20,000 bases of DNA from Catajapyx aquilonaris (Eukaryota). Below, piece by piece: positions 1 through 9,725 of the stretch (position 1 is the first letter of the stretch; the number at the start of each line of letters is the position of its first letter). The stretch is from positions 48,577 to 68,576 of the forward strand of contig KZ538463.1 in assembly GCA_000934665.2 (NCBI GenBank). The letters are read 5' to 3'. A model generated the notes under the pieces. It did no database searches. It saw nothing but the letters and a program-made list of their open reading frames with translations, and was not told the DNA's origin. The translations under genes and the position numbers were made by a program.

Positions 1-133
1 CGTCCTGGTAACGTCCAGTAACCAGAAGGTTGCGGATTTGCATGTGCAGTAGAGTTCCACTGTTGAGTGTTTCTCTCTCGGGTTGCATTTGGAAGAATGG
101 ACGATTGCGGAGGAGACGAGGTCTGCCCTGAAA
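1..133 (-). CDS. NHS/GUK-holder-like exon, truncated by the window edge
   Basis: Acceptor ccatttgcag|TT, with a second in-frame AG 6 nt downstream. Phase 1 gives an open frame to the window edge (VSGQTSSPPQSSILPNATRERNTQQWNSTAHANPQPSGYWTLPG), of similar S/P/Q/N composition to the previous exon. Confidence 0.7.
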
Positions 134-240
134 CTGCAAATGGCAACGTTAGTGCACAATCACACTCGGAAGCAAGGAAGCAACAAAAAATGGAATTGAA
201 CAGCGAAGAAAAAGAAATAAAAGGTGGAAAAAAAAAGTAC

Positions 241-366
241 CTGGTAGCTCACTTGCGACTTCACAATTCTTCAATTTTAGGTGCAGGTGATGGTTATAGG
301 AGTGCAGGTGTTTTTGAAATAAGGGTGCTGTGCAGGGTGCTTTTGTAAATAAACAAACAGTGCATG
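241..366 (-). CDS. Candidate frame-preserving cassette exon (126 nt)
   Basis: Pyrimidine tract tctttctctctacataggcag|CA and donor CAG|gtactt. Phase 1 to phase 1 with no stop (ACTVCLFTKAPCTAPLFQKHLHSYNHHLHLKLKNCEVASELP). No recognisable homology. Confidence 0.3.
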
Positions 367-1409
367 CTGCCTATGTAGAGAGAAAGATTGTACTTCACAT
401 TTTTTTTTTTGTAAATGGCCAATTACAATTTTTGCGGCTTATATCGCAGATTTTTGGGGCTCTTGGCAGACAACATGCACTTGATAGCATCATCCAGGAA
501 GATTTTTTAAAAAATATAACCTACCCATAAAAAAAAGGTGTCAAATCCAACTGGATGACTCATGGTTAGGGGGTGCGTTTCTATTAGTTTTAAATTTGGC
601 ACTGATTGTATCAACAAGCACACCCAAAAAAACGACAAGCAAAAGCGGAAAGACAACACGTTTCAAATTAATTTTCTTTCACCACCTTACCCCTTCTCTC
701 TCTTTTTTTTTGGCATGGCCCCAAAAGCCTGGATTTACAAGAGTCAAATGCTTTACACGACAGTCTACAAGATGACTATAAAAGCAAGCAGTCTCATAAA
801 AGTCTTCCTCAAGTCTTTATACAGTCTGTTTCCTAAATACAATAAGCTGGTTTGCAGTTAAGAGAAATTGCAGGTACATATCGGTTTATAAATGCACAAT
901 ATGAACACGATTTTTAATATCAGTTCTTATCTGTCGATATTAGTCAGTTAGTGTTTACTGTGGTCAGTTAGGAAGATTTTGTTATTAGGTCGTTAAGTGT
1001 TAGTTTACAGTATGGTTGTCTATATATATTTGTTTTAAAATTTTAGAACATGTAAAATATATATTTTTAAATTAACACAAATGTGCGCAGTGCACTGAAG
1101 AAGAAATTGGTGCCGAAAAATAGTTCAGAAGTGGCATGCAATAGTAATAATAAAGTGAAGGTGACTATGCAGAGAGGTAATAAGGATCGACTACTGGTCA
1201 GATTATTTAAATGCAGGGGTTTCAACCCATAAATGCACGTTTTACCTGCCATGCGATGTCAAAGGACAAACACAAAATGCTGAACACACACACATGTAGG
1301 TTGACAAACAAAACAAAGGAAATGCATCGACACACACAACACAAAGACATGACATGCAACACACGACTCACGACATGGCACACAGCTCACCATATCTCCG
1401 TGTCATTAC

Positions 1410-2655
1410 CTGATTTGTAAAACGACGGCGTTTCGTCTCCCTTTGTAGCAGTCCGAGCCATAACATTAATTGGCGACACACTTTTCACTGTCTTTCCTTG
1501 CATAAGCGATGGATTCACTAACACTTGCGGACCATAGAACCTCCTTCCTTGGACATTGGGATTAGATACTGTCCGGAAAGCAGAGTCCGGATGGGACAGC
1601 TCACTCGGACTCACTTGTCGATACTGGTTACCAGGCGACATAGGAGATTGTCTGTTGTTACCAGGATTTTGCGCAGGTGTCAGCGACAGGGTGGTGTTGG
1701 CAAGGCGGTAGCTGTCATTGCGGCGGAGGGTGTTTGACAGAGGTGATGTCGGTGACTTTGGACTTATGGGGTCTTGCATGTTCACGTATGCGCCTGGTCT
1801 CTGCTCAACCCTAGGTGACATGGGGCCAGGTGATGCGGCAACAATCATCCTGTTTGTGTCTGGGCTCTTCTGGTTCCACACAGGTGCCGTGAAAGGTGGT
1901 AGTGACTTTGGAGGTGTCAGGCGTGGTTGCACCGGTTTATTAGTGGTTGGTACAGGTCGGATGAATGACTTGGTTGCTCTGGGTGGAACCGGACTTGGTG
2001 GTATTTCCCTTACGTTAGGACCTGGCTCAAAACTGGATGGCGCTCTGGTTTGAGGTGGCTCGGAGCTGAATATTACCCTGCCTTCAGGGTCCAGCCTGAC
2101 CCTAGCACCTCTTCGGCGACGTTCAAGGGAGCTGCCAGGACTGCTGATCTGGCTATGTGGCGAAGAGCTCCGTTCTGACCCTTTGACATCCTGGTCCGAA
2201 GTCCCACTGTCAGGGCTGCCCAGCAGTGCATTGGCCTTAACGAACGATATCTTTCCCTGCGAAGTGAGCCTTGGCAGCTGCTGCAGTGTTACATACTCCG
2301 GAGTCCTGATCTTGGGTGGAGGCTCCACCTTCGGCTTCATCTGCAGCCTCTTCAGGTCATCCATCGTAATGTAGTTGGTCTCACGCTTCGGTGGTTGGGC
2401 ACCAACCGGGCTCTTCCTGATCAAATGGCTAATACTGTCCAGAGTCACATACGCACTGGGTCCGTACACCTCCTTGGTAGCAGCTTCCTTGCTGCTGTCA
2501 CTGCCCCGGACACTCTCATCATCACTGGGTGGCGGCGTGACAACACACAGCGACGGGATATGGCTAGCGTTGATGGTGGTCTTAACCCGCAGTCTCTCTT
2601 GCCTCTCCAATCCCTCCAGATCCGACTCAGAGTAGTCACCCTCAGGACTCGGCAT
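1410..2655 (-). CDS. NHS/GUK-holder-like exon (1246 nt), Pro/Ser-rich low-complexity region
   Basis: Acceptor ttacttgcag|ATG (phase 0) and donor TCAG|gtaatg (phase 1); an alternative donor TG|gtgagc ends at 1391. Lies in the 432-aa ORF 1387..2685 and encodes YSESDLEG.ER.ERLRVKTTINASHIPSLCVVTPPPSDDE and GARVRLDPEGRVIFSS. Confidence 0.9.
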
Positions 2656-2862
2656 CTGCAAGTAACCCAGCAATGAGCGTGACAATCAAGGAAAACACAG
2701 CGCGCACACACTCTGACATTTGCACCCCAACACCCATTCGCAACGCCCCATAAAATGCAAGAATGGTTAAGTAGGCATGAAATTGTTTACCCCCACCAAT
2801 TTGTTTGACGTGAAGCTTATTGCTGAGGTAAACAATTAGTTTCTTCGCACAGGAATCATCCC

Positions 2863-2960
2863 GTTGGTATGACAACCCCGTTGCTATGGACACAACGTTT
2901 CTACGGTAACTCAATTGCCATGGTAATCTGTTGCCACGATAACCCCGTTGCTATGGCAGA
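2863..2960. repeat. 17-bp minisatellite of six RFX X-box-like palindromic 14-mers
   Basis: GTTGGTATGACAAC (2863), GTTGCTATGGACAC (2880), GTTTCTACGGTAAC (2897), ATTGCCATGGTAAT (2914), GTTGCCACGATAAC (2930), GTTGCTATGGCAGA (2947); compare the X-box GTTGCCATGGCAAC. Confidence 0.8.
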
Positions 2961-3060
2961 ATGGGGCGGTAGGTGGGACATACCGACAAACTTTCCCCTT
3001 TATATACGTAGCCTACATATAAGATTAAAGATTAATGTCTTCTTCACATATCAAACGCAC

Positions 3061-3396
3061 TTGTGTGTCCCTGGGGCTTGTTGGCTCCATCGGAGAACTG
3101 GAGGTCTCTCTTCCGCTGTCTCCATCCCTGCCGTCGGTGGCGTCACCGGAGTCGGTGCTGTTGGCACCGGCTTCGATGACGGTAATGATGCTGTCCCTGT
3201 TCTTCCGCCTCTCCAGGGAGCTGGTCCTTGGAGGAGGTGCCGGAGGAGGTGCCTTATTGGACTCCTGCTGGTCCAGATGAAGATCCTCTCTTAGAACCAC
3301 GGTGCCAGCAGAGCTGGTGGTGGTACTGGTACTGCCGTGTCCGTACAGCTCGTACTCGTTCTCAGCCGTCAAAGCACGGTTGCTCCCCTTATTCTC
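3061..3396 (-). CDS. NHS/GUK-holder-like exon (336 nt)
   Basis: Acceptor ctgttttcttgcag|GAG (phase 0) and donor CAA|gtgcgt (phase 0). Encodes ENEYELYGHGSTSTTTSSAGTV and PPPAPPPRTSSL. Confidence 0.88.
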
Positions 3397-3825
3397 CTGC
3401 AAGAAAACAGAATTAGGCGATGGAAGTATCATACCCAGTATTTTTTAAGCACACCAACCATTTTCCCCATACCTCAAACAATGGCTCTCCAGTGAAAAAA
3501 AAAAAAAGCTTTATTCTCCAGCTAGGTAACAAAATGAATCAGTCTGCACGCAATGCTCTCATCTCCCTCCCCACATTTTGATAATTGAGCATTATAGAGT
3601 GATAGGAATGGGGGGAACGAACGCACATTTCGTGTCTAGTCGGTTCAAGTGAAGGCAGCAGCAGAGAGGCCCCCCCACCAACAGTCGACAAGAGATAACA
3701 ACGTAGAAATTCGATTAGAGTTTCCATAATAGCGTCGGAGGTAGGGGAGGGATTTTGTATTGCTCTGCAACCAAAATGGGGTGCACGTTGCTGCTTCGAA
3801 AGTGTATCGAAAATATAGTCGCGAA

Positions 3826-3947
3826 AATGAGTAAGGTAGCAGACCTGAAGTTTCAATGAGTAAGGTAGCAGACCTGAGCCTCCAAGAGTGGGGTAGATCG
3901 CCTCTCTTGGAGGCTAATTTAAGCTACAGGTCTGCTACCTTACTCAT
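3826..3947. repeat. Nested inverted repeat with a tandemly duplicated left arm
   Basis: AATGAGTAAGGTAGCAGACCTGA occurs at 3826-3848 and 3855-3877, with a perfect 21-bp inverted copy at 3927-3947. An inner 12-bp stem pairs AGCCTCCAAGAG (3877-3888) with CTCTTGGAGGCT (3904-3915). Confidence 0.92.
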
Positions 3948-4573
3948 CTGTGTCGCACAGTTTCAACAATTTGCCATGCTATAATTATTGTTAGGTTTAA
4001 TAATGCGAGTTGGTAGATGAATGATATCGTGCAGCTCTTTCCAGTTGTGTTGTCAGAATGATCAGTGCTGATGGCCATTAGTGGCCGTACATTTGTAAAA
4101 ACAGACTGTCACTCGGAGGCATACAGTGTGTGGATTTAACAAGGGAGGGATTTACCATTTACATGGGAGGGTTTTCCACGCGTCAGTAGCCTATAGTGCG
4201 TTTGCAATCGATTTTTTTTCTTCAAACATTCAAGCTCTTGATTCAATTGAAACTATCAGCCGCGGATATCTGCACCACCCTGTACATAGTCAACAACCTT
4301 GGCTTGTAAAAACCCGGTCCTAAAAACGGCTGCCTAACTAATACTTGTCGAAAAACACCGTCGAGGTTTTTACGACCCAACAAAAAAAAAAATCCGGCAC
4401 CAATTTTTACGTCCTATCCATTCATATAGTGTTGCGAAAGCGACAGTGAGCCGTCGGGAAGTCCAGGGGAAAAGGCGCAATAACGACCCGAGAGCGTGAA
4501 CCCTCCGGACGGGTCAACGGCCCCCCATTTTCTATACGTACAGCACAGTACAACACTGCGCTGCTAACATCTG

Positions 4574-5454
4574 CAGGGGGCAAACGCGATCGAGACGCGA
4601 TCGAGATGCGGTCAAACCGGTCCGACAACGTCTGACTTGCAGTCTGGAAGCGCGGACGCGACTCATTTCGCAGGCCGTACATCTAAGCGCGTCTCGACCG
4701 CGTCTCAGCCGCGTTTCGACCGCGTCCGAGCCGCGTCCAGTGTAACTACACCGACAGACGCGGCTCCCACATCCCATACGACCAAGTGTCGTCGCTCAGC
4801 GTTTCGACCGCGTCTCAGCCGCGTTCTCAACACGTCTCGAACGCGTCTCGACCACGTTCCCAACGTCTCAACCGCGTTTCGACCGCGCTTGGGCCTCCAG
4901 TGTAACTGCACCGCTAGACGCGACTCACACGTCCCATACGGCATAGTGTCGTCACTGAAACAGCGTTTCGATCGAGTCTGAGCCGCGTTTCGACCGCATC
5001 TCACGTAACTTCACCGGTAGACGCGATCGACTCACACGTCCCTTATACGACCAAGTGTCGTAAAAACAGCGTTTCGACAGCGTCCAGGTCGCTTTAAGAA
5101 CACATCTCGACCACGTTCCGACCGCGTCTAGTGTAACTTCACATGTAGACGCGACTTACACATCCCACACGGCCAAGTGTCGTCACTGAAACATAGCGTT
5201 TCGATCGCGCTTCGACCACGTTTCGATCGCGTTTCGACCGCGTCTGGTGTAACCACCGGTACACGCGACTTACACGTCCCATACGGCCATGTCGTCACTG
5301 AAACAGCGTTTCGGTCGCGTTTCGATCGCGTTTCGACCGCGTCTAGTGTAACTTCACATAGACGCGACTTATTACACGACTTACACGTCCCATACGGCCA
5401 AGTGTCGTCACTGAAATGGCGTTTCGACCGCGTCTCGACCGCGTCTCTGCCCTA
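4574..5454. mobile_element. Putative non-autonomous DNA transposon (hAT-like MITE) with internal tandem repeats
   Basis: Imperfect terminal inverted repeats: left CAGGGGGCAAACGCGATCGAGACGCGATCGAGATG versus reverse complement of the right end TAGGGCAGAGACGCGGTCGAGACGCGGTCGAAACG. The 11-mer CG(T/C)TTCGACCG-type motif is inverted at the left end and direct elsewhere. Extremely CpG-rich, with no transposase ORF and no clean adjacent TSD. Confidence 0.6.
4688..5446. repeat. Higher-order tandem array: six copies of a ~60-bp core separated by variable numbers of ~11-bp subrepeats
   Basis: Core ~TGTAACTTCACCGGTAGACGCGACTCACACGTCCCATACGGCCAAGTGTCGTCACTGAAACAG starts at 4741, 4901, 5004, 5132, 5248 and 5347 (spacings 160, 103, 128, 116, 99). 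The gaps are filled by CGTTTCGACCG/CGTCTCGACCG variants. Confidence 0.95.
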
Positions 5455-5467
5455 TAGTACAACTGAC

Positions 5468-6149
5468 CTGCACGTCGTCCTTGAGCGTCCTGATCCCGCT
5501 GTCGATATGGAAGGATGTGTAGTACCCCTCCGTGTCGCACGAGTATGCTGAGCTGGTCTCGTCGTCCACAAAAGGTATGTCCTGCAGTTCGGGCGTCAGC
5601 GTACCTTCTCCCTCGCTGGTCTGCGAGGAGAAGGAGCTGTCGTGTGGTGGTCCGATAGGCTGGGAGTGCGACGACGAAGAGGTCGAGGCCGGATGCGGTC
5701 CCGTCCCTTCAGACACGGCCGAGTCCTGGTCCGATCCGGATCCGGCCTGTTCGGCCTTGTGTCTCTGCAGCGGTTCGGACTCCAGCGAGGCTCTTGCGCT
5801 GGAACTGGCGCTCCAGTTCCCGGAGGATGATCTGGCTGCTTCGTCCGTGGTCCTCTCCTCTCGCAGCTTGACTGCCACGTGCAGGGCGCTGGTGGCAGAC
5901 GAAGAGCAGGAGGACGACGGGCGCAGGCGTCTGGCGCCGGCGCCTCTGTCCGGTATCGCCTCGTACAGGTTCTCCCTCACTGGGCTGGGCTCTCGGTGGA
6001 CGTCAACCTGGACTGGGACAGAGGGCAGGTTGGCTCGCTTGGGCTTCGGGTCTCGTCGGGTATGGATCACCAGGCAGCCTCCGCTCCATGTCGATGAGGA
6101 CGTTGGTCTCCTCTGCTGCTCCACGTCCGAGCTTATCGCCTCTATCTCG
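5468..6149 (-). CDS. NHS/GUK-holder-like exon (682 nt), Ser-rich
   Basis: Acceptor tctgtgcattccacag|C (phase 2, completes AG|C Ser) and donor CAG|gtcagt (phase 0). GC-rich, contains RSSSGNWSASSS and SCDTEGYYTSFHIDSG. Confidence 0.92.
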
Positions 6150-7468
6150 CTGTGGAATGCACAGAATAACATATATGCAATCCCTCTGTGTGTGTTTTTA
6201 GGGGGGCGATATCCCTCGGAATAAACATTGGGTGTCAATATATAGGATTTGAAGCCGCAGGGTGACACTTATCATCAAAAAATTATCCGCCAAGGTCAAG
6301 TCTACAGGCGGATGTCCTTGGGTTCCTCTGTGCCGTTGTTGTCCAATTTTAAATTACCTTGGCAATTAGAAAAAAAAGTCTACTCGAATCACGCCAATTT
6401 GCCAATCTTGGTTTAACCTTTAACACTTTAAAAAATTAGCATGAATCACAACTCTTAACATTAAATATCGTGAAATGGTTTGAAAAGTTGCGACATGATC
6501 ATTGCGAAACTTCAGGAAAAAAAGCAAGATATCATAAAACCTTGCTTACTCCTCCCACTCTGCAACTTTATGGCGGACCATTAATAAGTAGTTTAATGGG
6601 AAAAGCTAAGAGCAGCAGGTCTTACTTTTTTATGAGCTGCACTTTGGAGACTGCGACATTTTTTTTGCAGAGGTAATCATAAGGAGGAATTTCGTCACAG
6701 TCTTCTAGTGACACATGTAGCACCTTACGTGTGTAAATTAGACCACTAGGCCAACGATGTTCTGCTGAAGTCACGCTAAAATGTTAGTAGGCCCATGCTC
6801 TATTTTTTTGTGCACAAAAAGCGCCTACTTCACGGCTCTCACTTTTGCTATTCAACTACCCTTGAAGGCTACTAACGTTTAATTTCCTACTATCAAAAGT
6901 GGAGCATATTCGCTCTCGAAAACTTCTTGAAAAAATATTTCATTTTGATAACGACCTCCCCAACATCGCAAAAGTGAAGCGTACTCTTGTCCTTTTCACT
7001 CAAATGATATGATGAAGACTGGCAGCCCATTGGGCTTAAAAGAGCGGGTTTTTAATATTATGATCCAACGTGAAAGATTATCTCCAAAACCGTCTGATTA
7101 CACTGGATTACACTTTACCGCGCAACCCCAAAGATTACATGCTCATGCTTCAAGCCACAAATATCTAATCCCATGTTGTTTGAGAGTGAATAATAATAGG
7201 CAGTCTCCCCCTTATCTAAAAAAAAACTCGTTCCACCGCCTTTATATGCCGACAAAAATGAGTAACAAAGATCCTCACATGGTTGCGTTTAATCCTGATT
7301 GAAATCCTCTTATTAGAATCAGAACAGCTGTGCTTTTCGCAGATTATAGTTTGTAAAAAAAAAAAATTGGGAGGGGGTAATATGACAACATGGCACTTTT
7401 GTGGCGCTTCATTTCAAAACACTCCCTCTTGAAGCGCTTTTAAATTGTGTCATGTAACTTTGACGTAC

Positions 7469-7839
7469 CTGTTGGCTTCCTGTTGCCTGAGTGCTCTTTG
7501 GATCTCCTTAGAGTCGGTTCCAGTGATGGTGTTCCTCCTTCTGCTTTTGCCCTTCTTGCGCCTCTTCTTGTCCTCTACGTAGTCAAAGTGGAGGAGAGAG
7601 CGGCGGAAGCGGGTCATTCTCTCGAAGCGACGTCCTGTGACGTCTACTGTCACCAACTCTGGAGGAAACCGGATGACCATTGCTGCTGTCTTTTCATCTG
7701 GTGATGGTAGCTTGTGGAGACTCTCCTTTTCGGTTAGGGTCGGGGTCAATCCGTGGTCAACCGGGCTGGTCGGGGGCAGAGGTCGAATGGACACCAATTC
7801 CTCCTCGGTCCAATTACGGAGGTGGATCAGACTTGACGG
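7469..7839 (-). CDS. NHS/GUK-holder-like exon (371 nt) with the conserved NHS block and a basic stretch
   Basis: Acceptor cctattttcacag|CCG (phase 0) and donor AACAG|gtacgt (phase 2). Encodes PSSLIHLRNW...LPSPDEK...VTVDVTGRRFERMTRFRRSLLHFDYVEDKKRRKKGKSRRRNTITG, which resembles the NHS-family LP(T/S)PEE / V.VTG..F.R / RRR.TI.G block. Confidence 0.92.
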
Positions 7840-9679
7840 CTGTGAAAATAGGGGACCAATTGTTATTTATGACTTTTGATAAAATAAAAAAAGGTGTCCA
7901 TGAGTTGATCAAATGATTTGTGTCCCACTTCCCGCCAATTATTGTTGGAACCCGCGCGCACAGATTTCAAGGTCAAACCGGGGTCAACACGTGGACCGGA
8001 AATTTTCTGAGGCTGAACAAAGGCGACAAATGTTATATTATTCGTTTATTATTCACAGCAGTTGGTCGTTTAGAGCCGGTTGCACCATGAACAATAATTT
8101 TTTTTCCCCGGTTGGAAACTGACATGAATATTAATAACTGCAATAATTGCACAACAATATGACGCCAAAAATCACACGTTAATTTTTCCACCTAAAAGCA
8201 AATTAAATATTCATAAAAGTGTGTCGAACCAAGTCGCGTATTGTTGCAAACCGCTGTATAATTCCCATTCTCTATACATTTTCTTCTTTGACTTTTTCCC
8301 AGCCGCCCTCGACTCATTTGCTTTTCATGAGTTCTTGGAAAGAATGGTCTTCATTTCAAAAAAAAATTGCACGAGGGGGGTGTTTCTTGAAGCATCAGAA
8401 TGAGTTCGAATGATGGGGAAGGCTGGTAGGTCCCCGTATAATTTTCCGCATGCCTCGCAACATTTTCTTGGCACTCGACGAATCTCAGTTTGAACGTCTC
8501 TCGAACACTGCCATATGAAGATTAATGGTCCCCAGCAGCCCTAGAGAGGACCCCCAAAATGGCACGATGTCAACCACCCCTATAGTTAAGGGAACAAAAA
8601 TGCAGATCGAAGCCACATTATTTAATAATATATTATTGTAAATATTACGTTACGTTCGGGGGGAAAAAAATCTAATCTTCAATTAAGCTAAGTGCCAGCT
8701 TTTCTGCTGGGGTCGTTGTTTGTCGTTGGGTCACAACTTGTGGGATTAACTGTCGCAGTTTGTTCGTTTTTTTTAACCCAGCCAGAGAACATGCTTACAA
8801 AGTGGAAGTTGAATTACGATGTCAGATTGAGTCGAAATTTTCGTGCACTTGCTCGGAATCCCCATGATTACACGAAGCCCGTATATTTCCCATCCAAAAT
8901 GGTACCTGTCCAAACCCCCAAAAAAGTGGTTTCCTCCGAATTATTTTTTCGGATTAAAGTATGTGCAATTGGGGAATTCCGATAGCTATATTCCTTTTTT
9001 TAAACGAAAAATCTATGTAATCAACAATGATCGTGCAACTGACTTATCTGGAACCAACCCAACGTCCTACATAATTATTTGGGGGGAGAGCACATACATC
9101 ACAGTTTAAATGAATTTGCCTCTCGTAAACAACTCTAGAAATAACTCTTGAAAATTAGGTAAAGAAATACCAGAAGTCGGCCACATATCGATTCTGGCTA
9201 CGCACGTGGAAAGGAAAATACCTTTGCAAGCCGCACAAATTTCAAGTATTTCCACCGGTATCTCTGTCGTACCTGCACTACTATCTAATCTAGTATTTTG
9301 TCCTAACCCGGATTTTGATATATCACAGGCAAGCCTCCATTACGAGGCACACCCGTGAAAAATGGTAACCAGAGAGCAGTACACGCCCGACCCAAAATAA
9401 TGTACGAGGCCATTGTAGTCCAAATGCCCCTTTCGGCAGACCCAAGAAGCAATCCCAGGAGGACAATGCTTCCTTGTCCATTCTCGAGTGGTGCCAGCAT
9501 CATCCCTGCTACGTACTTCATCAAGGGCAGTTTGTTTGTCCCCGAGAGCATCATCCCAGGTCGGGTTAGGGCAGTGACCCTCCAGATAATTTCAAAGAGA
9601 CAGCAGCTGGGGCGCGTGGTCGAGAGAATACCTTCCAAGTTGCACCTGGTTTTCCTATTATTGTTGTTCCCTTGGTGTC

Positions 9680-9725
9680 TCTCTAGGGTATTCTATGCAA
9701 TGGGAGTGAGGTGATACCCTAGAGA
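9680..9725. repeat. Perfect 12-bp inverted repeat with a 22-nt loop
   Basis: TCTCTAGGGTAT (9680-9691) pairs with ATACCCTAGAGA (9714-9725). Confidence 0.75.

Noticed and set aside
1246..1279. Possible 34-nt exon (ttcag|...GGCAG|gtaaaa)
   Set aside because: Frame-shifting by itself; it only works with a specific combination of the alternative donor (1391) and acceptor (370). Too speculative to call.
4688..5446. CRISPR-like alternation of a conserved core and variable segments
   Set aside because: The variable segments are copies of one 11-mer rather than unique spacers. Unit lengths are irregular (99-160), there are no cas genes, and the context is a eukaryotic intron.
4422..5551. Several overlapping Arg-rich ORFs (65-124 aa) on both strands
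   Set aside because: They are by-products of the GC-rich, stop-poor repeat; the translations only echo the 11-mer (RFDRVSTA) and show no transposase motifs.
5532..6224. 230-aa plus-strand ORF, and similar plus-strand ORFs at 1525-2676, 2869-3416 and 7447-7916
   Set aside because: Antisense shadows of the GC-rich minus-strand exons, with no independent protein features.
9303..9714. Overlapping 111-aa and 119-aa ORFs in a higher-complexity intron segment
   Set aside because: No recognisable domain. The candidate exon bounded by the nearby AG (~9718) and GT (~9631) has stops in all three frames, and the donor near 9272 has an in-frame stop four codons upstream.
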